A stretch of DNA of 20,000 nt, taken from the sequence record SRR31156797_326; one strand, written 5' to 3'. Positions 7,936 through 19,331 of the stretch are shown here, one piece after another. The notes under the pieces are model-generated. The model was not told where the DNA came from and ran no database searches. It saw only the letters and a list, made by a program, of their open reading frames with translations. The translations under genes were made by a program, and so were the position numbers. How positions within the stretch are numbered: position 1 is the first letter of the stretch; the number at the start of each line of letters is the position of its first letter.

Positions 7936-7977
7936 AAAAAAATGAAAACCAAAAGAGTTGCTCTTCTGGTTTTCATT
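7936..7977 (-). terminator. Intrinsic terminator/attenuator between rpoC and DUF3467
   Basis: Minus-strand AATGAAAACCAGAAGAG-CAA-CTCTTTTGGTTTTCATT-TTTTT: a 17-bp stem with one G-U pair followed by a U-run, starting 19 nt after the rpoC stop. Confidence 0.8.
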
Positions 7978-7996
7978 AGCTATTGTTTATTTTAAT

Positions 7997-10900
7997 TTAG
8001 AATTCCTGGCGTTGACGGGGATGAACCAGAGTTTCGTATTCCTCTTTGGAGCCAACGATAAGATCTTCGTATTCGCGTAAACCTGTACCTGCTGGTATTT
8101 TGTGACCAACAATTACGTTTTCTTTCAGGCCATTCAGGGTGTCGCTTTTTGCGTTGATCGACGCATTTGTGAGCACCTTTGTGGTTTCCTGGAAAGATGC
8201 AGCTGAAATAAAGCTGTTGGTTTGAAGCGATGCTTTGGTAATACCCTGCAGTACCTGACGGGCTGTTGCAGGTTGTGCATCCCTTGAATCGATCAGCTTT
8301 TTATCCTTACGCTTAAGTTGTGATATTTCGTCCCTGAGTTTTCTTGCAGAAACGATTTGTCCGGCTTTGAAAATGCTTGAATCACCGGGTTCGATGATAA
8401 CCTTCTTGCCAAAGATCCAGTCGTTTTCTTCCTGGAAACCGATCTTATTCACGAGCTCTTTTTCGAGGAATTTTGTATCGCCCGGATCAGCCACTTCAAC
8501 TTTCCGCATCATCTGACGTACGATTACCTCGAAGTGCTTATCGTTGATCTTTACACCCTGAAGACGATATACCTCCTGGATTTCATTAACGATGTATTCC
8601 TGTACTTTCATCGGACCTTTAATAGCAAGGATGTCAGCAGGTGTTAATGCTCCTTCCGAAAGTGGAGTACCGGCCTTAACAAAGTCGTTTTCCTGAGCCA
8701 GGATTTGTTTTGTTGTAGGAATGAGGTAACGCTTTTCTTCGCCGGTTTTTGAGGTGATGATCACCTCTTTGTTACCACGCTTCAGTTTTTTACCAAATGA
8801 AACGATACCATCAATTTCTGATACTTTGGCTGGATCTGACGGGTTACGTGCTTCGAATAGCTCAGTAACCCGTGGCAGACCACCCGTGATATCACCTGAT
8901 TTACCAATTGTACGTGGAATTTTTACGAGGATGTCACCAGGTTTTACTTCCTGTCCTTCATCAACAGAAATGTGAGCTCCTGTTGGGAGGTCATAAACCC
9001 TGATTTCCTCACCACTGGCGTCCAAAACGCTTATTGAAGGATTCTTGGTTTTTTGCTTGGTCTCGATAATAACCTTTTCATTGTATCCGGTTTGCTCATC
9101 AGATTCAACACGATAGGTTTTACCTTCAACCACATTGTTAAACCTCAGTTTACCGCCAGCATCCGAAATAATGACGGCGTTATAGGGGTCCCAAATACAA
9201 ACGGTTTCGCCTTTCTTGATCTTATCACCCGATGCGTAATAGAGGTTTGAACCATACGGAATATTATTTGAAGCCAGTGAAATACCGGTCTTTTCATCAA
9301 CAATCCGCATCTCTGCCGAACGGCCAATTACAACATGGTATTTCTTCCCTTCGCTGTTTGTGTAAGGTACACTTCTTAATTCATCAATATGCAGAATACC
9401 ATCAAATTTGGCTTCAATTTTTGATTGTGATGAGATGTTACCACCTGCAACACCACCAACGTGGAATGTACGCAATGTAAGCTGTGTACCCGGTTCACCA
9501 ATTGACTGTGCTGCAATTACACCAACAGCTTCACCTTTTTGTACCATCTTACCTGAGGCCAGGTTACGGCCATAACATTTGGCACAAACACCTGTTTTGG
9601 CTTCGCAGGTTAATACCGACCTTATTTCCACAGATTCAATTGGAGAATCTTCAATTACCCTTGAAATTTCCTCCGTGAGCTCTTCACCGGCGGCAATAAT
9701 CAGTGTGCCGTCTATTGGATGGTATACGTCGTGAAGAGTTGTACGTCCAAGAACCCTGTCATAAAGGGTTTCAACAACCTCTTCATTTTTCTTCAATGCT
9801 GTTGTTGTGAGTCCACGAAGTGTTCCGCAGTCTCTTTCTGAAATTATAACATCCTGTGCAACATCAACAAGACGACGGGTAAGATAACCGGCATCAGCTG
9901 TTTTAAGCGCAGTATCAGCAAGACCTTTACGTGCACCGTGCGTGGAGATAAAATATTCAAGTACGGTTAGCCCTTCCTTAAAGTTTGAAAGAATCGGGTT
10001 TTCGATAATTTCACCACCTGTTGCGCCGGATTTCTGAGGCTTAGCCATCAATCCACGCATTCCGGACAACTGCCTGATCTGTTCTTTACTACCACGAGCT
10101 CCGGAGTCAAGCATCATGTAAACGGAATTAAATCCCTGCTTGTCTTTCGAGAGCTGATCCATCAGGGTGCGGGTCAGTTTAGAGTTGGTATGTGTCCAGA
10201 TATCAAGGATCTGGTTATAACGTTCGTTTCCGGTAATGAAACCCATGCTGTAGTTGGCCAGCACTTCATCTACCTCTTCGTTGGCCTGTGAAACAAGCTC
10301 ACCTTTAACTTCGGGGATAATCACGTCACCAAGGTTAAACGACAATCCACCACGGAATGCCATGGTAAATCCGAGCTTCTTAATATCATCCAAAAATTTT
10401 GAGGTTGTGGCCGTATCCGTTTTTTTCAGGATTGCACCAATAATGTCACGAAGTGCTTTTTTGGTGAGCAACTGGTTAATATATCCAAATTCCTCTGGAA
10501 CAACCTGGTTGAAAATCACGCGTCCAACGGTAGTTTCTGTCAACTCGTATTTTACACTTCCATCATCCTGAATGATCGGGAGGCGGACATTAATAATAGC
10601 ATGGAGGTCAACCCTGCTTTCATTGTGCGCAATGATAACCTCTTCAGGTGAATAAAACTTGAATCCTTCTCCTTTAACAGGATTATCAGCAACGTGTTTC
10701 CTTGCTTTGGTGATATAATATAATCCAAGAACCATATCCTGCGATGGTACCGCAATCGGAGCACCGTTGGCAGGGTTCAGGATGTTGTGTGATGCAAGCA
10801 TCAAGAGCTGTGCTTCAAGAATAGCTGCATTTCCAAGCGGAACGTGCACAGCCATCTGGTCACCGTCGAAGTCAGCATTAAACGCTGTACATGCCAGTGG

Positions 10901-12295
10901 GTGAAGCTGAATGGCCTTACCTTCGATAAGTTTAGGCTGGAAGGCCTGTATACCCAAACGGTGAAGGGTAGGAGCACGGTTGAGCAATACCGGATGTCCC
11001 TTCAGAATACTTTCGAGGATATCCCAAACAACCGGATCTTTACGGTCAACAATTTTCTTGGCTGATTTTACTGTCTTTACAATACCCCGCTCAAGCATTT
11101 TGCGGATAATGAATGGCTTGAATAACTCAGAAGCCATTCCTTTGGGTAATCCGCATTCGTTTAAACTAAGTTCCGGGCCAACAACAATAACCGAACGGCC
11201 TGAATAGTCAACACGTTTACCAAGCAGGTTTTGACGGAATCGGCCCTGCTTACCTTTGAGGCTGTCACTTAATGACTTGAGAGCACGGTTTGATTCAGTT
11301 TTTACGGCATTGGCTTTTCTTGAATTGTCGAAAAGGGAGTCAACTGCTTCCTGGAGCATTCGTTTTTCATTACGCATGATCACGTCCGGAGCCTTGATTT
11401 CAATAAGTCGCTTCAAGCGATTATTACGAATGATGACTCTTCGGTAGAGGTCGTTCAGGTCGGATGTGGCAAACCGGCCACCATCCAGCGGAACCAACGG
11501 ACGAAGTTCTGGCGGAATTACCGGAACAACTTTCACGATCATCCATTCAGGTCGGTTTTCAATGCGGTTGCGCGCATCCCTGAAAGCTTCAACCACCTGC
11601 AGACGTTTCAGCGCTTCGGCTTTACGCTGCTGAGAGGTTTCGTTGTTTGCTTTGTCGCGCAGGGTGTATGACAGGGTGTCGAGGTCAAGACGGGCAAGCA
11701 AATCATGCAATGCTTCTGCCCCCATCTTGGCAATAAACTTATTGGGATCGGTATCGTCGAGATACTGGTTTTCAGGCGGAATTGTTTCCATGATATCGAA
11801 ATACTCTTCTTCAGTCAGGAAGTCGAGATATTCAATGCCATCATCAGCCTTAATACCAGGGTTGATCACAACATATCTTTCATAATATATAATGGAATCG
11901 AGCTTCTTGGTTTGCAATCCAAGCAGTGCACCGATCTTATTCGGAAGCGACCTGAAAAACCAGATATGTGCTACGGGTACAACCAACTGGATGTGGCCTG
12001 CACGTTCACGTCTTACTTTCTTTTCGGTAACTTCCACACCACAACGGTCGCAAACGATACCCTTGTAACGGATACGCTTGTACTTACCACAGTGACATTC
12101 CCAGTCTTTCACCGGGCCAAAAATCCGCTCACAGAACAACCCGTCTCGTTCGGGTTTGTATGTTCTGTAATTGATGGTTTCGGGTTTCAAAACTTCACCG
12201 TGCGAACGTTCCAGGATCGTTTCAGGTGAAGAGAGGCTAATAGTAATTTGCGAAAAATCGCTTTTTACAAGGTTTGTTTCTTTTCTAAAAGCCAT
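7997..12295 (-). CDS. rpoC: DNA-directed RNA polymerase subunit beta'
   Basis: 1432 aa. Zn-finger [21 protein letters not shown]; catalytic NADFDGD; bridge helix [23 protein letters not shown]; trigger loop [17 protein letters not shown]; second Zn site [18 protein letters not shown]. Confidence 0.99.
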   Translation of the reverse strand: MAFRKETNLVKSDFSQITISLSSPETILERSHGEVLKPETINYRTYKPERDGLFCERIFGPVKDWECHCGKYKRIRYKGIVCDRCGVEVTEKKVRRERAGHIQLVVPVAHIWFFRSLPNKIGALLGLQTKKLDSIIYYERYVVINPGIKADDGIEYLDFLTEEEYFDIMETIPPENQYLDDTDPNKFIAKMGAEALHDLLARLDLDTLSYTLRDKANNETSQQRKAEALKRLQVVEAFRDARNRIENRPEWMIVKVVPVIPPELRPLVPLDGGRFATSDLNDLYRRVIIRNNRLKRLIEIKAPDVIMRNEKRMLQEAVDSLFDNSRKANAVKTESNRALKSLSDSLKGKQGRFRQNLLGKRVDYSGRSVIVVGPELSLNECGLPKGMASELFKPFIIRKMLERGIVKTVKSAKKIVDRKDPVVWDILESILKGHPVLLNRAPTLHRLGIQAFQPKLIEGKAIQLHPLACTAFNADFDGDQMAVHVPLGNAAILEAQLLMLASHNILNPANGAPIAVPSQDMVLGLYYITKARKHVADNPVKGEGFKFYSPEEVIIAHNESRVDLHAIINVRLPIIQDDGSVKYELTETTVGRVIFNQVVPEEFGYINQLLTKKALRDIIGAILKKTDTATTSKFLDDIKKLGFTMAFRGGLSFNLGDVIIPEVKGELVSQANEEVDEVLANYSMGFITGNERYNQILDIWTHTNSKLTRTLMDQLSKDKQGFNSVYMMLDSGARGSKEQIRQLSGMRGLMAKPQKSGATGGEIIENPILSNFKEGLTVLEYFISTHGARKGLADTALKTADAGYLTRRLVDVAQDVIISERDCGTLRGLTTTALKKNEEVVETLYDRVLGRTTLHDVYHPIDGTLIIAAGEELTEEISRVIEDSPIESVEIRSVLTCEAKTGVCAKCYGRNLASGKMVQKGEAVGVIAAQSIGEPGTQLTLRTFHVGGVAGGNISSQSKIEAKFDGILHIDELRSVPYTNSEGKKYHVVIGRSAEMRIVDEKTGISLASNNIPYGSNLYYASGDKIKKGETVCIWDPYNAVIISDAGGKLRFNNVVEGKTYRVESDEQTGYNEKVIIETKQKTKNPSISVLDASGEEIRVYDLPTGAHISVDEGQEVKPGDILVKIPRTIGKSGDITGGLPRVTELFEARNPSDPAKVSEIDGIVSFGKKLKRGNKEVIITSKTGEEKRYLIPTTKQILAQENDFVKAGTPLSEGALTPADILAIKGPMKVQEYIVNEIQEVYRLQGVKINDKHFEVIVRQMMRKVEVADPGDTKFLEKELVNKIGFQEENDWIFGKKVIIEPGDSSIFKAGQIVSARKLRDEISQLKRKDKKLIDSRDAQPATARQVLQGITKASLQTNSFISAASFQETTKVLTNASINAKSDTLNGLKENVIVGHKIPAGTGLREYEDLIVGSKEEYETLVHPRQRQEF

Positions 12296-12350
12296 TAAAT
12301 TATGTTTAAGTTATTGGTTTAAAATTCAATGATCAATACTACAATGAATA

Positions 12351-15300
12351 TTAATCAAAAGTTACATTGAGGCCAAGTCCACGAAGTTCGTGAACAAGAA
12401 CGTTGAACGATTCCGGAATACCGGGTCGTGGCATCGGATCACCTTTTACGATTGACTCGTAGGCTTTTGCACGACCGATAACATCATCGGATTTAACTGT
12501 GAGGATTTCCTGCAACACATTTGATGCACCATAAGCCTCGATGGCCCAAACCTCCATCTCACCAAAACGCTGTCCACCAAACTGTGCTTTACCACCAAGT
12601 GGCTGCTGCGTAATCAGTGAGTATGGTCCGATTGACCTGGCGTGCATTTTATCGTCAACCATGTGGTGTAGCTTCAGCATGTAGATATATCCTACCGTAG
12701 CCGGTTGGTGGAAACGTTCTCCGGTTCCGCCGTCATAGAGGTAAGCTTTACCGTTTTCTGGTAATCCGGCCTTATCCAGGTATTCGTTGATATGCTCAAC
12801 GCCTGCACCATCAAAAATTGGTGTCGCGAATTTTTTACCCAACTTTTTTCCAGCCCAGCCCAGAACTGTTTCATAAATCTGTCCGAGGTTCATCCTTGAA
12901 GGCACACCCAGCGGATTTAATACAATATCTACAGGTGTTCCATCTTTGAGGAATGGCATATCCTCTTCGCGTACGATCTTAGCAACGATACCTTTGTTAC
13001 CGTGACGACCGGCCATTTTATCACCAACCTTAAGCTTACGCTTTTTGGCCACATAAACCTTCGCCATCTTCACGATTCCGTTTGGCAGATCATCACCGAC
13101 TGTGGCTACAAACTTCTTACGGTTAAAAATACCAAGCACCTCTTTGTACTTGATCACATAGTTATTGATCAGTTCTCCGATGAGGTTGTTTTTTTCCTTA
13201 TCGGTTGTCCATTTATTTGGATTAACTGTCAGGTAATCGATTCCAAGCAACATTTTCTGTGTGAACTTGGCTTTTTTCGGTACAACTTCATCCTTAAAAT
13301 TGTTGTACACGCCCTGAGAAACTTTTCCACTAACCAAAACCATCAGCTTGTCGACAAGCTTGTTTTTGATCGCGGTCGATTCCTTTTTAAATTCCTTTTC
13401 GAGTTCGGTGATATCGTCTTTTTCTTTTCCTTTGGTCCGTCTGTCGCGGATGATCCTTGAGAAAAGTTTTTTCTCAATTACCACACCCTGCATCGATGGT
13501 GGTGCCTTGAGTGAGGCATCTTTCACATCACCAGCCTTGTCACCAAAGATAGCCCTGAGCAGTTTTTCTTCAGGAGTTGGGTCGGATTCACCTTTTGGGG
13601 TGATTTTTCCGATCAGTATATCACCCTCAGTTACCTCAGCACCAATTCTGATCAGGCCGTTTTCATCCAGATCTTTTGTGGCTTCTGAAGAAACATTTGG
13701 AATATCGTTGGTCAACTCTTCCACACCGCGTTTGGTATCACGCACTTCAAGCACAAATTCTTCAATATGCACGGAAGTGAAAACATCATCCTTAACTACT
13801 TTCTCAGAAAGTACGATGGCATCCTCAAAGTTGTAACCTTTCCAGGGCATGAAAGCAACCATCAGGTTACGGCCAAGTGCAAGTTCGCCGTCACGTGTTG
13901 CGTACCCTTCACATAAAGGTTGACCGTTCTCAACCTTCTGACCTTTTTTAACAATAGGCCTCAGGTTAATGGATGTATTTTGATTTGTACGTTGGAACTT
14001 TGTAAGCTTGTATGTTTTCTTGTCGTCATCAAAGCTTACCAGTCTTTCGTTTTCATGGCGTGAATAATGGACTGTTATTTCATTGGCATCAACGTATTCA
14101 ACAATTCCATCACCTTCAGCCTGGATAAGAACCCTTGAATCCCGCGCAACAGCGCCTTCAATGCCGGTCCCAACAATTGGGGCTTCAGCTTTGAGTAACG
14201 GCACAGCCTGACGCATCATGTTCGATCCCATCAAAGCACGGTTAGCATCATCGTGCTCGAGGAACGGAATCAGCGAGGCAGCTACTGAGGCAATCTGGTT
14301 TGGCGCCATATCGATGAAGTCAACGTTTGTCCGTTCTTCAATCGGATAATCGGCCTGGAACCTTACTTTAACCTTATCGCGGACAAACTCACCTGAATCA
14401 TTCAACAATGAGTTTGCCTGAGCAATAATTTTATTTTCTTCTTCCTCAGCGCTCAGGTATGTTTCTTCCTCTTCAAGTTGGACCACACCTTTTTCTACGC
14501 GTTTGTACGGCGTTTCTATAAAACCGAGTTTATTGATCTTAGCAAATACACAAAGTGATGAGATCAGGCCAATATTCGGCCCCTCAGGAGTTTCGATGGT
14601 ACAAAGTCGGCCATAGTGCGTGTAGTGAACGTCACGAACCTCAAATCCGGCACGCTCTCTTGACAAACCACCAGGTCCCAATGCAGAAACACGTCTTTTA
14701 TGTGTTAACTCCGAGAGTGGGTTGGTTTGATCCATAAACTGTGAAAGCTGATTGGTGCCAAAGAATGAATTAATTACTGATGACAGTGTTTTGGCATTAA
14801 TCAGATCTGTAGGAGTAAACACCTCGTTGTCCCTCACATTCATCCTTTCGCGAATGGTACGGGCCATACGGGCCAGACCCACGCCAAACTGAGCATAAAG
14901 TTGCTCGCCCACTGTACGTACACGACGGTTACTCAGGTGGTCGATATCATCAACTTCACGTTTGGCATTCACCATCTCAATCAGGTACTTGATGATGGAG
15001 ATGATGTCGTCCTTGGTAAGTACTTTCGTATCCATTGGAACATCAAGGTGCAATTTCTTGTTGATCCTGTAGCGACCTACATCGCCAAGGTCATACCTTT
15101 TGTCTGAAAAGAAAAGCTTTTCGATGATTCCGCGGGCAGTTTCTTCATCCGGTGGTTCGGCATTACGCAACTGGCGGTAAATAAATTCAACAGCTTCTTT
15201 TTCAGTGTTGGTGGTATCTTTTTGCAGGGTATTGAAGATAATGGAGTAATCGATGCTGTCGGCTTCATCTTTGTGAACCAATACTGTTTCAACGCCTGAT

Positions 15301-16157
15301 TCAGCAATTTGATCAATATGACTCTGTTCAAGAACAGTTTCACGGTCGATGATAACCTCGGTTCTTTCGATGGAAACCACCTCACCGGTATCTTCGTCCA
15401 CAAAATCTTCGATCCATGATCTTACAACTCTCGCAGCCAGTCGGCTACCAATACATTTTTTCAGGTTTGTTTTTGTTGCTTTAACTTCCTGAGCAAGGTC
15501 GAAAATCTCCAGGATGTCTTTATCACTTTCATAACCGATAGCCCTCAGCAGTGTGGTAACAGGCAATTTCTTTTTCCTGTCGATGTAAGCATACATCACC
15601 TGGTTAATATCGGTGGTAAACTCCATCCATGATCCTTTGAAAGGAATGATCCTGGCTGAGAAAAGTTGTTGTCCATTGGCGTGATAGCTGGTGCCAAAAA
15701 ATGCACCTGGAGAACGGTGTAGTTGTGAAACCACAACACGTTCAGCACCGTTAACTACAAAGGTGCCCTTAGGGGTCATGTAGGGTATTTGTCCGAGGTA
15801 TACATCCTGGATAATGGTTTCGAAGTCTTCGTGTTCAGGGTCTGTACAGTAAAGTTTCAGTTTCGCTTTAAGCGGAACACTGTAGGTTAGCCCTCTTTCG
15901 ATACATTCTTCGATTGAATACCTGGGTGGGTCAATAAAATAATCCAGAAACTCAAGTACAAAGTTATTCCTGGCATCCGTAATCGGGAAGTTTTCACTGA
16001 AAACCTTGTAAAGCCCTTCGTCTATGCGATTTTCAGGGTTGGTTTCCAATTGGAAAAAGTCCTGGAAAGATTTTAATTGAATGTCGAGGAAATCAGGATA
16101 TTCTGATTTAATTTTTGTTCTTGAGAAACTTATTCTTTCAGCAAATTCCTTAGCCAA
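12351..16157 (-). CDS. rpoB: DNA-directed RNA polymerase subunit beta (TTG start)
   Basis: 1268 aa. SQLHRSPG; Rif cluster [75 protein letters not shown]. There is no in-frame ATG between the upstream stop (TAG, 16259-16257) and the TTG at 16157. Confidence 0.99.
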   Translation of the reverse strand: MAKEFAERISFSRTKIKSEYPDFLDIQLKSFQDFFQLETNPENRIDEGLYKVFSENFPITDARNNFVLEFLDYFIDPPRYSIEECIERGLTYSVPLKAKLKLYCTDPEHEDFETIIQDVYLGQIPYMTPKGTFVVNGAERVVVSQLHRSPGAFFGTSYHANGQQLFSARIIPFKGSWMEFTTDINQVMYAYIDRKKKLPVTTLLRAIGYESDKDILEIFDLAQEVKATKTNLKKCIGSRLAARVVRSWIEDFVDEDTGEVVSIERTEVIIDRETVLEQSHIDQIAESGVETVLVHKDEADSIDYSIIFNTLQKDTTNTEKEAVEFIYRQLRNAEPPDEETARGIIEKLFFSDKRYDLGDVGRYRINKKLHLDVPMDTKVLTKDDIISIIKYLIEMVNAKREVDDIDHLSNRRVRTVGEQLYAQFGVGLARMARTIRERMNVRDNEVFTPTDLINAKTLSSVINSFFGTNQLSQFMDQTNPLSELTHKRRVSALGPGGLSRERAGFEVRDVHYTHYGRLCTIETPEGPNIGLISSLCVFAKINKLGFIETPYKRVEKGVVQLEEEETYLSAEEEENKIIAQANSLLNDSGEFVRDKVKVRFQADYPIEERTNVDFIDMAPNQIASVAASLIPFLEHDDANRALMGSNMMRQAVPLLKAEAPIVGTGIEGAVARDSRVLIQAEGDGIVEYVDANEITVHYSRHENERLVSFDDDKKTYKLTKFQRTNQNTSINLRPIVKKGQKVENGQPLCEGYATRDGELALGRNLMVAFMPWKGYNFEDAIVLSEKVVKDDVFTSVHIEEFVLEVRDTKRGVEELTNDIPNVSSEATKDLDENGLIRIGAEVTEGDILIGKITPKGESDPTPEEKLLRAIFGDKAGDVKDASLKAPPSMQGVVIEKKLFSRIIRDRRTKGKEKDDITELEKEFKKESTAIKNKLVDKLMVLVSGKVSQGVYNNFKDEVVPKKAKFTQKMLLGIDYLTVNPNKWTTDKEKNNLIGELINNYVIKYKEVLGIFNRKKFVATVGDDLPNGIVKMAKVYVAKKRKLKVGDKMAGRHGNKGIVAKIVREEDMPFLKDGTPVDIVLNPLGVPSRMNLGQIYETVLGWAGKKLGKKFATPIFDGAGVEHINEYLDKAGLPENGKAYLYDGGTGERFHQPATVGYIYMLKLHHMVDDKMHARSIGPYSLITQQPLGGKAQFGGQRFGEMEVWAIEAYGASNVLQEILTVKSDDVIGRAKAYESIVKGDPMPRPGIPESFNVLVHELRGLGLNVTFD

Positions 16158-16218
16158 TGTTGTAAAATTTTGATTATGAATAAGATATGATTTTTCGAGA
16201 ACGGAGTTCTCTAATACA

Positions 16219-16267
16219 AAGAAATATAGACCCTGTACAGCTAAGCTGACAGAAGCCTATATTTCTT
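16219..16267 (-). terminator. rplL-rpoB intergenic hairpin (candidate attenuator or processing site)
   Basis: Minus-strand AAGAAATATAG-GCTTCTGTCAGC-TTA-GCTGTACAGGGT-CTATATTTCTT-TGT: a long stem with a perfect 11-bp base and a U-rich 3' arm. Confidence 0.65.
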
Positions 16268-16287
16268 ATAGTTAGCTTTTATGAAAG

Positions 16288-16668
16288 TTACTTTACTTCC
16301 ACTTCGGCACCAGCCTCTTCGAGTTGAGATTTGAGTGCTTCGGCTTCGTCTTTCGATACGCCTTCTTTGATAGCTTTTGGAGCAGAATCAACAAGAGCTT
16401 TGGCTTCTTTAAGTCCAAGGCTTGTAAGTTCTTTAACAAGTTTAACAACGGCAAGCTTAGATTGGCCGGCTGCTTTGATGATCACATCAAATTCTGTTTG
16501 TTCTTCAGCGCCAGCTTCTTCGCCACCACCTGCTGCAGGGCCAGCTACTGCTACTGCTGCTGCTGCGGGCTCGATTCCGTAATCTTCTTTTAAGATTTCA
16601 GCGAGTTCGTTAACTTCTTTTACTGTCAGACCTACTAATTGTTCTGCAAATGCTTTTAAATCTGCCAT
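16288..16668 (-). CDS. rplL: 50S ribosomal protein L7/L12
   Basis: [22 protein letters not shown]; Ala-rich hinge; [38 protein letters not shown]. Confidence 0.99.
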   Translation of the reverse strand: MADLKAFAEQLVGLTVKEVNELAEILKEDYGIEPAAAAVAVAGPAAGGGEEAGAEEQTEFDVIIKAAGQSKLAVVKLVKELTSLGLKEAKALVDSAPKAIKEGVSKDEAEALKSQLEEAGAEVEVK

Positions 16669-16714
16669 TTTAATATCTGTTTTAATGAATGTTCTTTAAA
16701 ATTGAAATAGTAAA

Positions 16715-17245
16715 TTATGCTTCTTCTTTCTCTGAAAGTGTTTGTAGAATTCCTGTCAAGGTCTGTCCTCCTGACTGAAGTGCAGAAACAACGTTCTTGG
16801 CAGGTGACTGAAGCAGTGCGATAATGTCGGCGATCAACTCATTCTTCGACTTGATATTTTCGAGAATGTCAAGCTGGTTTTCACCAATGTAGGTTGATTC
16901 TTCAACATATGCACCTTTCAGTATAGGCTTCTCTGATTTAAACTTCTTGCGAAATTCTTTAATCAGTTTAGCCGGGGCGTTTCCTACTTCTGTAAACATA
17001 ACAGAAGTGGGTCCTTTGAGAATGTCAAATAGTTCCTCAAAATCCCTGTCAGATTTCTCCATTGCTTTTCTGAGCAGCGTATTTTTAACAACCAACAGTT
17101 TAATGTCTTTGCTAAAACACATTCTTCTCAAATTGCTCGTGGATTCAGAGTCAAGGTCCTCAATATTTGCAAGATAAAAATTGGGGTTTTCCTTGAGCTT
17201 TGCCGACAATGTTTCTATCGCTTGATGTTTTTCCTCTCTGGTCAT
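16715..17245 (-). CDS. rplJ: 50S ribosomal protein L10
   Basis: MTREEK; LRR.CF; VVKNTLL; LKGPTS; PAKLIKEF; LKGAYVEE; KSKNELIADIIALLQSPAKNVVSALQSGG; located between rplA and rplL. Confidence 0.98.
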   Translation of the reverse strand: MTREEKHQAIETLSAKLKENPNFYLANIEDLDSESTSNLRRMCFSKDIKLLVVKNTLLRKAMEKSDRDFEELFDILKGPTSVMFTEVGNAPAKLIKEFRKKFKSEKPILKGAYVEESTYIGENQLDILENIKSKNELIADIIALLQSPAKNVVSALQSGGQTLTGILQTLSEKEEA

Positions 17246-17253
17246 ATTACGAT

Positions 17254-17259
17254 CTCCTC
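17254..17259 (-). promoter_or_regulatory. Shine-Dalgarno-like GAGGAG upstream of rplJ
   Basis: Minus-strand TAA-AATGAGGAGATCGTAAT-ATG: GAGGAG ends 8 nt before the rplJ ATG. Confidence 0.55.
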
Positions 17260-17262
17260 ATT

Positions 17263-17958
17263 TTATGCGCTGATAGATTTTGGATCAATTTGAATTCCCG
17301 GGCTCATCGTACTCGACATAAAAATGCTCCTTACGTAAGTACCCTTGGCTGCAGCTGGTTTTAACTTAATGATGGTGGTGAGCAATTCTTTTGCATTATC
17401 CAGAATTTTGTTCTGATCAAATGAACTTTTTGCTACCGAGGCATGAATGATGCCTGATTTATCCACCTTAAAGTCAATTTTACCTGCTTTAACATCATCA
17501 ACAGCTTTTTTGATATCCATGGTTACCGTGCCGGTTTTTGGGTTTGGCATCAAACCTCGTGGTCCGAGAATCCTACCCAAAGGTCCAACCTTAGGCATAA
17601 CATTTGGCGTTGTAATAACAACGTCGATATCAGTCCAGCCGCCTTTGATCTTTTCAACATATTCGTCCAGTCCGACGTGGTCGGCACCGGCAGCTTTGGC
17701 TTCTTCTTCCTTGTCAGGAGAACACAATACCAGCACACGTACAACTTTACCTGTACCGTGTGGCAGCGTTACTGATCCCCTAACCATTTGGTTAGCCTTT
17801 CTGGGGTCAACACCCAGTCGAATATCAAGATCTATCGAGGAATCAAACTTTGTAGTTGTGACGTCCTTAACAGTCTTTACTGCATCCACCAGAGTATAGC
17901 TAGCATTTTTATCGAATTTCGCTAAAGCTTCTTTGCGTTTTTTAGTCAATTTTCCCAT
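17263..17958 (-). CDS. rplA: 50S ribosomal protein L1
   Basis: [71 protein letters not shown]. Start moved from the ORF-track TTG (17985) to the ATG at 17958 (MGKLTKK), giving 231 aa. Confidence 0.98.
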   Translation of the reverse strand: MGKLTKKRKEALAKFDKNASYTLVDAVKTVKDVTTTKFDSSIDLDIRLGVDPRKANQMVRGSVTLPHGTGKVVRVLVLCSPDKEEEAKAAGADHVGLDEYVEKIKGGWTDIDVVITTPNVMPKVGPLGRILGPRGLMPNPKTGTVTMDIKKAVDDVKAGKIDFKVDKSGIIHASVAKSSFDQNKILDNAKELLTTIIKLKPAAAKGTYVRSIFMSSTMSPGIQIDPKSISA

Positions 17959-18000
17959 TTGCGAATCCTGTTTTAATTTAAACAAATGCCTAAACAGCTA

Positions 18001-18447
18001 TTAGTTCTGTCCAAACGGAGGTGTGCCTTTAACAGTAATACCCATACTTCTTGCAGTGCCTGCTACCATGCGCATTGCCGATTCAACCGTAAAACAGTTG
18101 AGGTCTTTCATTTTTCCTTCGGCGATGCCTTTTACCTGGTCCCAGGATACTGCGGCTACTTTCTTTCTGTTTGATTCAGGCGAACCTTTTTTCTGTTTGG
18201 AAGCTTCTAACAGTTGTACTGCAACTGGCGGAGATTTGATTATAAAATCAAAGGATTTGTCTTTGTAAACAGTAATGATCACTGGAAGTACCTTACCGGC
18301 CTGTTCCTGCGTACGACCATTAAACTGCTTGCAAAATTCCATGATGTTCACACCTTTTGCACCCAATGCAGGTCCAACAGGTGGGGACGGATTTGCAGCT
18401 CCTCCTCTGATCTGTAATTTAATTAATCCGCTAACTTCTTTTGCCAT
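18001..18447 (-). CDS. rplK: 50S ribosomal protein L11
   Basis: [48 protein letters not shown]. Confidence 0.99.
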   Translation of the reverse strand: MAKEVSGLIKLQIRGGAANPSPPVGPALGAKGVNIMEFCKQFNGRTQEQAGKVLPVIITVYKDKSFDFIIKSPPVAVQLLEASKQKKGSPESNRKKVAAVSWDQVKGIAEGKMKDLNCFTVESAMRMVAGTARSMGITVKGTPPFGQN

Positions 18448-18474
18448 TTTTATTAATACTTATAATGTAAGTTA

Positions 18475-18499
18475 CCGCAATGGTAATATACCATTACGG
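18475..18499 (-). promoter_or_regulatory. nusG-rplK intergenic stem-loop
   Basis: Minus-strand CCGTAATGGTA-TAT-TACCATTGCGG: an 11-bp stem with one U-G pair, no U-tract, ending 27 nt before the rplK ATG. Confidence 0.55.
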
Positions 18500-18510
18500 A
18501 AGATTCGAAG

Positions 18511-19053
18511 CTACTCTTTTTCAACCTGCATAAACCCGAGTTCGAGTGGTGTCTTTCTGCCGAAGATCTTAACCATCACCTTCAATTTCTTCTTCTCTTC
18601 GTTAATTTCTTCGATAACACCGCTGAAACTGTTAAAAGGTCCATCAGTAACTGTAACCGATTCACCCACAATGAATGGAACATTCACTTCTTCACCCTGC
18701 TCGGCAAGTTCATCAACTTTTCCAAGGATGCGTTTAACCTCGGATTCACGCATTGGATCGGGTTCGCCACGCGTTCCCAAAAATCCAATTACATCCGGTA
18801 CGTTTTGAATGATGTGCGGGATTTCGCCCACAAGGGCTGCTTCCAGCAAAACATAACCCGGGAAGTAATTACGTTCTTTACTGATTTTCTTGCCTTTCCT
18901 TACCTGGTAAACCTTTTCGGTAGGAATGAGCACCTGAGAAATATAGTCCTGAAGTTCAAGGCGGTTTATCTCACTTTCGATATACTCCTTGACCTTCTTT
19001 TCCTTTCCACTAATCGCTCTAACAACATACCATTTTTTCTCTTGATTACTCAT
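18511..19053 (-). CDS. nusG: Transcription termination/antitermination factor NusG
   Basis: [30 protein letters not shown] motif [30 protein letters not shown]; secE-nusG-rplK synteny. Confidence 0.98.
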   Translation of the reverse strand: MSNQEKKWYVVRAISGKEKKVKEYIESEINRLELQDYISQVLIPTEKVYQVRKGKKISKERNYFPGYVLLEAALVGEIPHIIQNVPDVIGFLGTRGEPDPMRESEVKRILGKVDELAEQGEEVNVPFIVGESVTVTDGPFNSFSGVIEEINEEKKKLKVMVKIFGRKTPLELGFMQVEKE

Positions 19054-19112
19054 GCCGATTAGCTAATTTGTTAAGTTGAAAAAAGAATAATTAGTGCCTG
19101 GCACAGCTCTTT

Positions 19113-19310
19113 TTAGAGCCAGGTATAGAAACCTTTAAGCAAGCTACTGAAGGAAATATCCATCAGATAAACCACAAAAGCGATTATAAGGGAAGCAATG
19201 GATACAACAACAGCACTGCTCTGGAGTTCACTCCAGGTTGGCCAGGAAACTTTATGTAACAGCTCATCGTAGCTTTCCTTGGCGTAATTAAACATTTTGA
19301 ATTTTGCCAT
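19113..19310 (-). CDS. secE: Preprotein translocase subunit SecE
   Basis: ESYDELLHKVSWPTWSELQSSAVVV followed by a single TM helix. Start moved to the ATG at 19310 because the ORF-track start at 19334 lies inside the tRNA; 65 aa. Confidence 0.95.
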   Translation of the reverse strand: MAKFKMFNYAKESYDELLHKVSWPTWSELQSSAVVVSIASLIIAFVVYLMDISFSSLLKGFYTWL

Positions 19311-19331
19311 AGGTTTTAAAATCTTTATTTG

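Noticed and set aside
14660..14770. Possible rifampicin-resistance alleles in rpoB cluster I
   Set aside because: [25 protein letters not shown] keeps the susceptible-type residues equivalent to E. coli Q513, D516, H526, S531 and L533.
7997..16157. Possible intein, intron, fusion or unusual insertion in rpoB/rpoC
   Set aside because: Lengths (1268 and 1432 aa) are ordinary for Bacteroidota and the conserved motifs are uninterrupted. The insertion after the beta' trigger-loop motif is the known lineage-specific SI3/beta'i6-type domain.
18275..18808. 177-aa plus-strand ORF spanning rplK, the spacer and nusG
   Set aside because: It is antisense to two conserved genes, has no recognisable motif or promoter, and is a typical codon-bias shadow. 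The same applies to the plus-strand ORFs over rpoB, rpoC, rplA and moxR.
19093..19123. Small hairpins around the secE stop (gtgcc-t-ggcac; gctct-tttt-agagc)
   Set aside because: The stems are only 5 bp and lack a downstream U-tract on the coding strand, so there is not enough support for a terminator.
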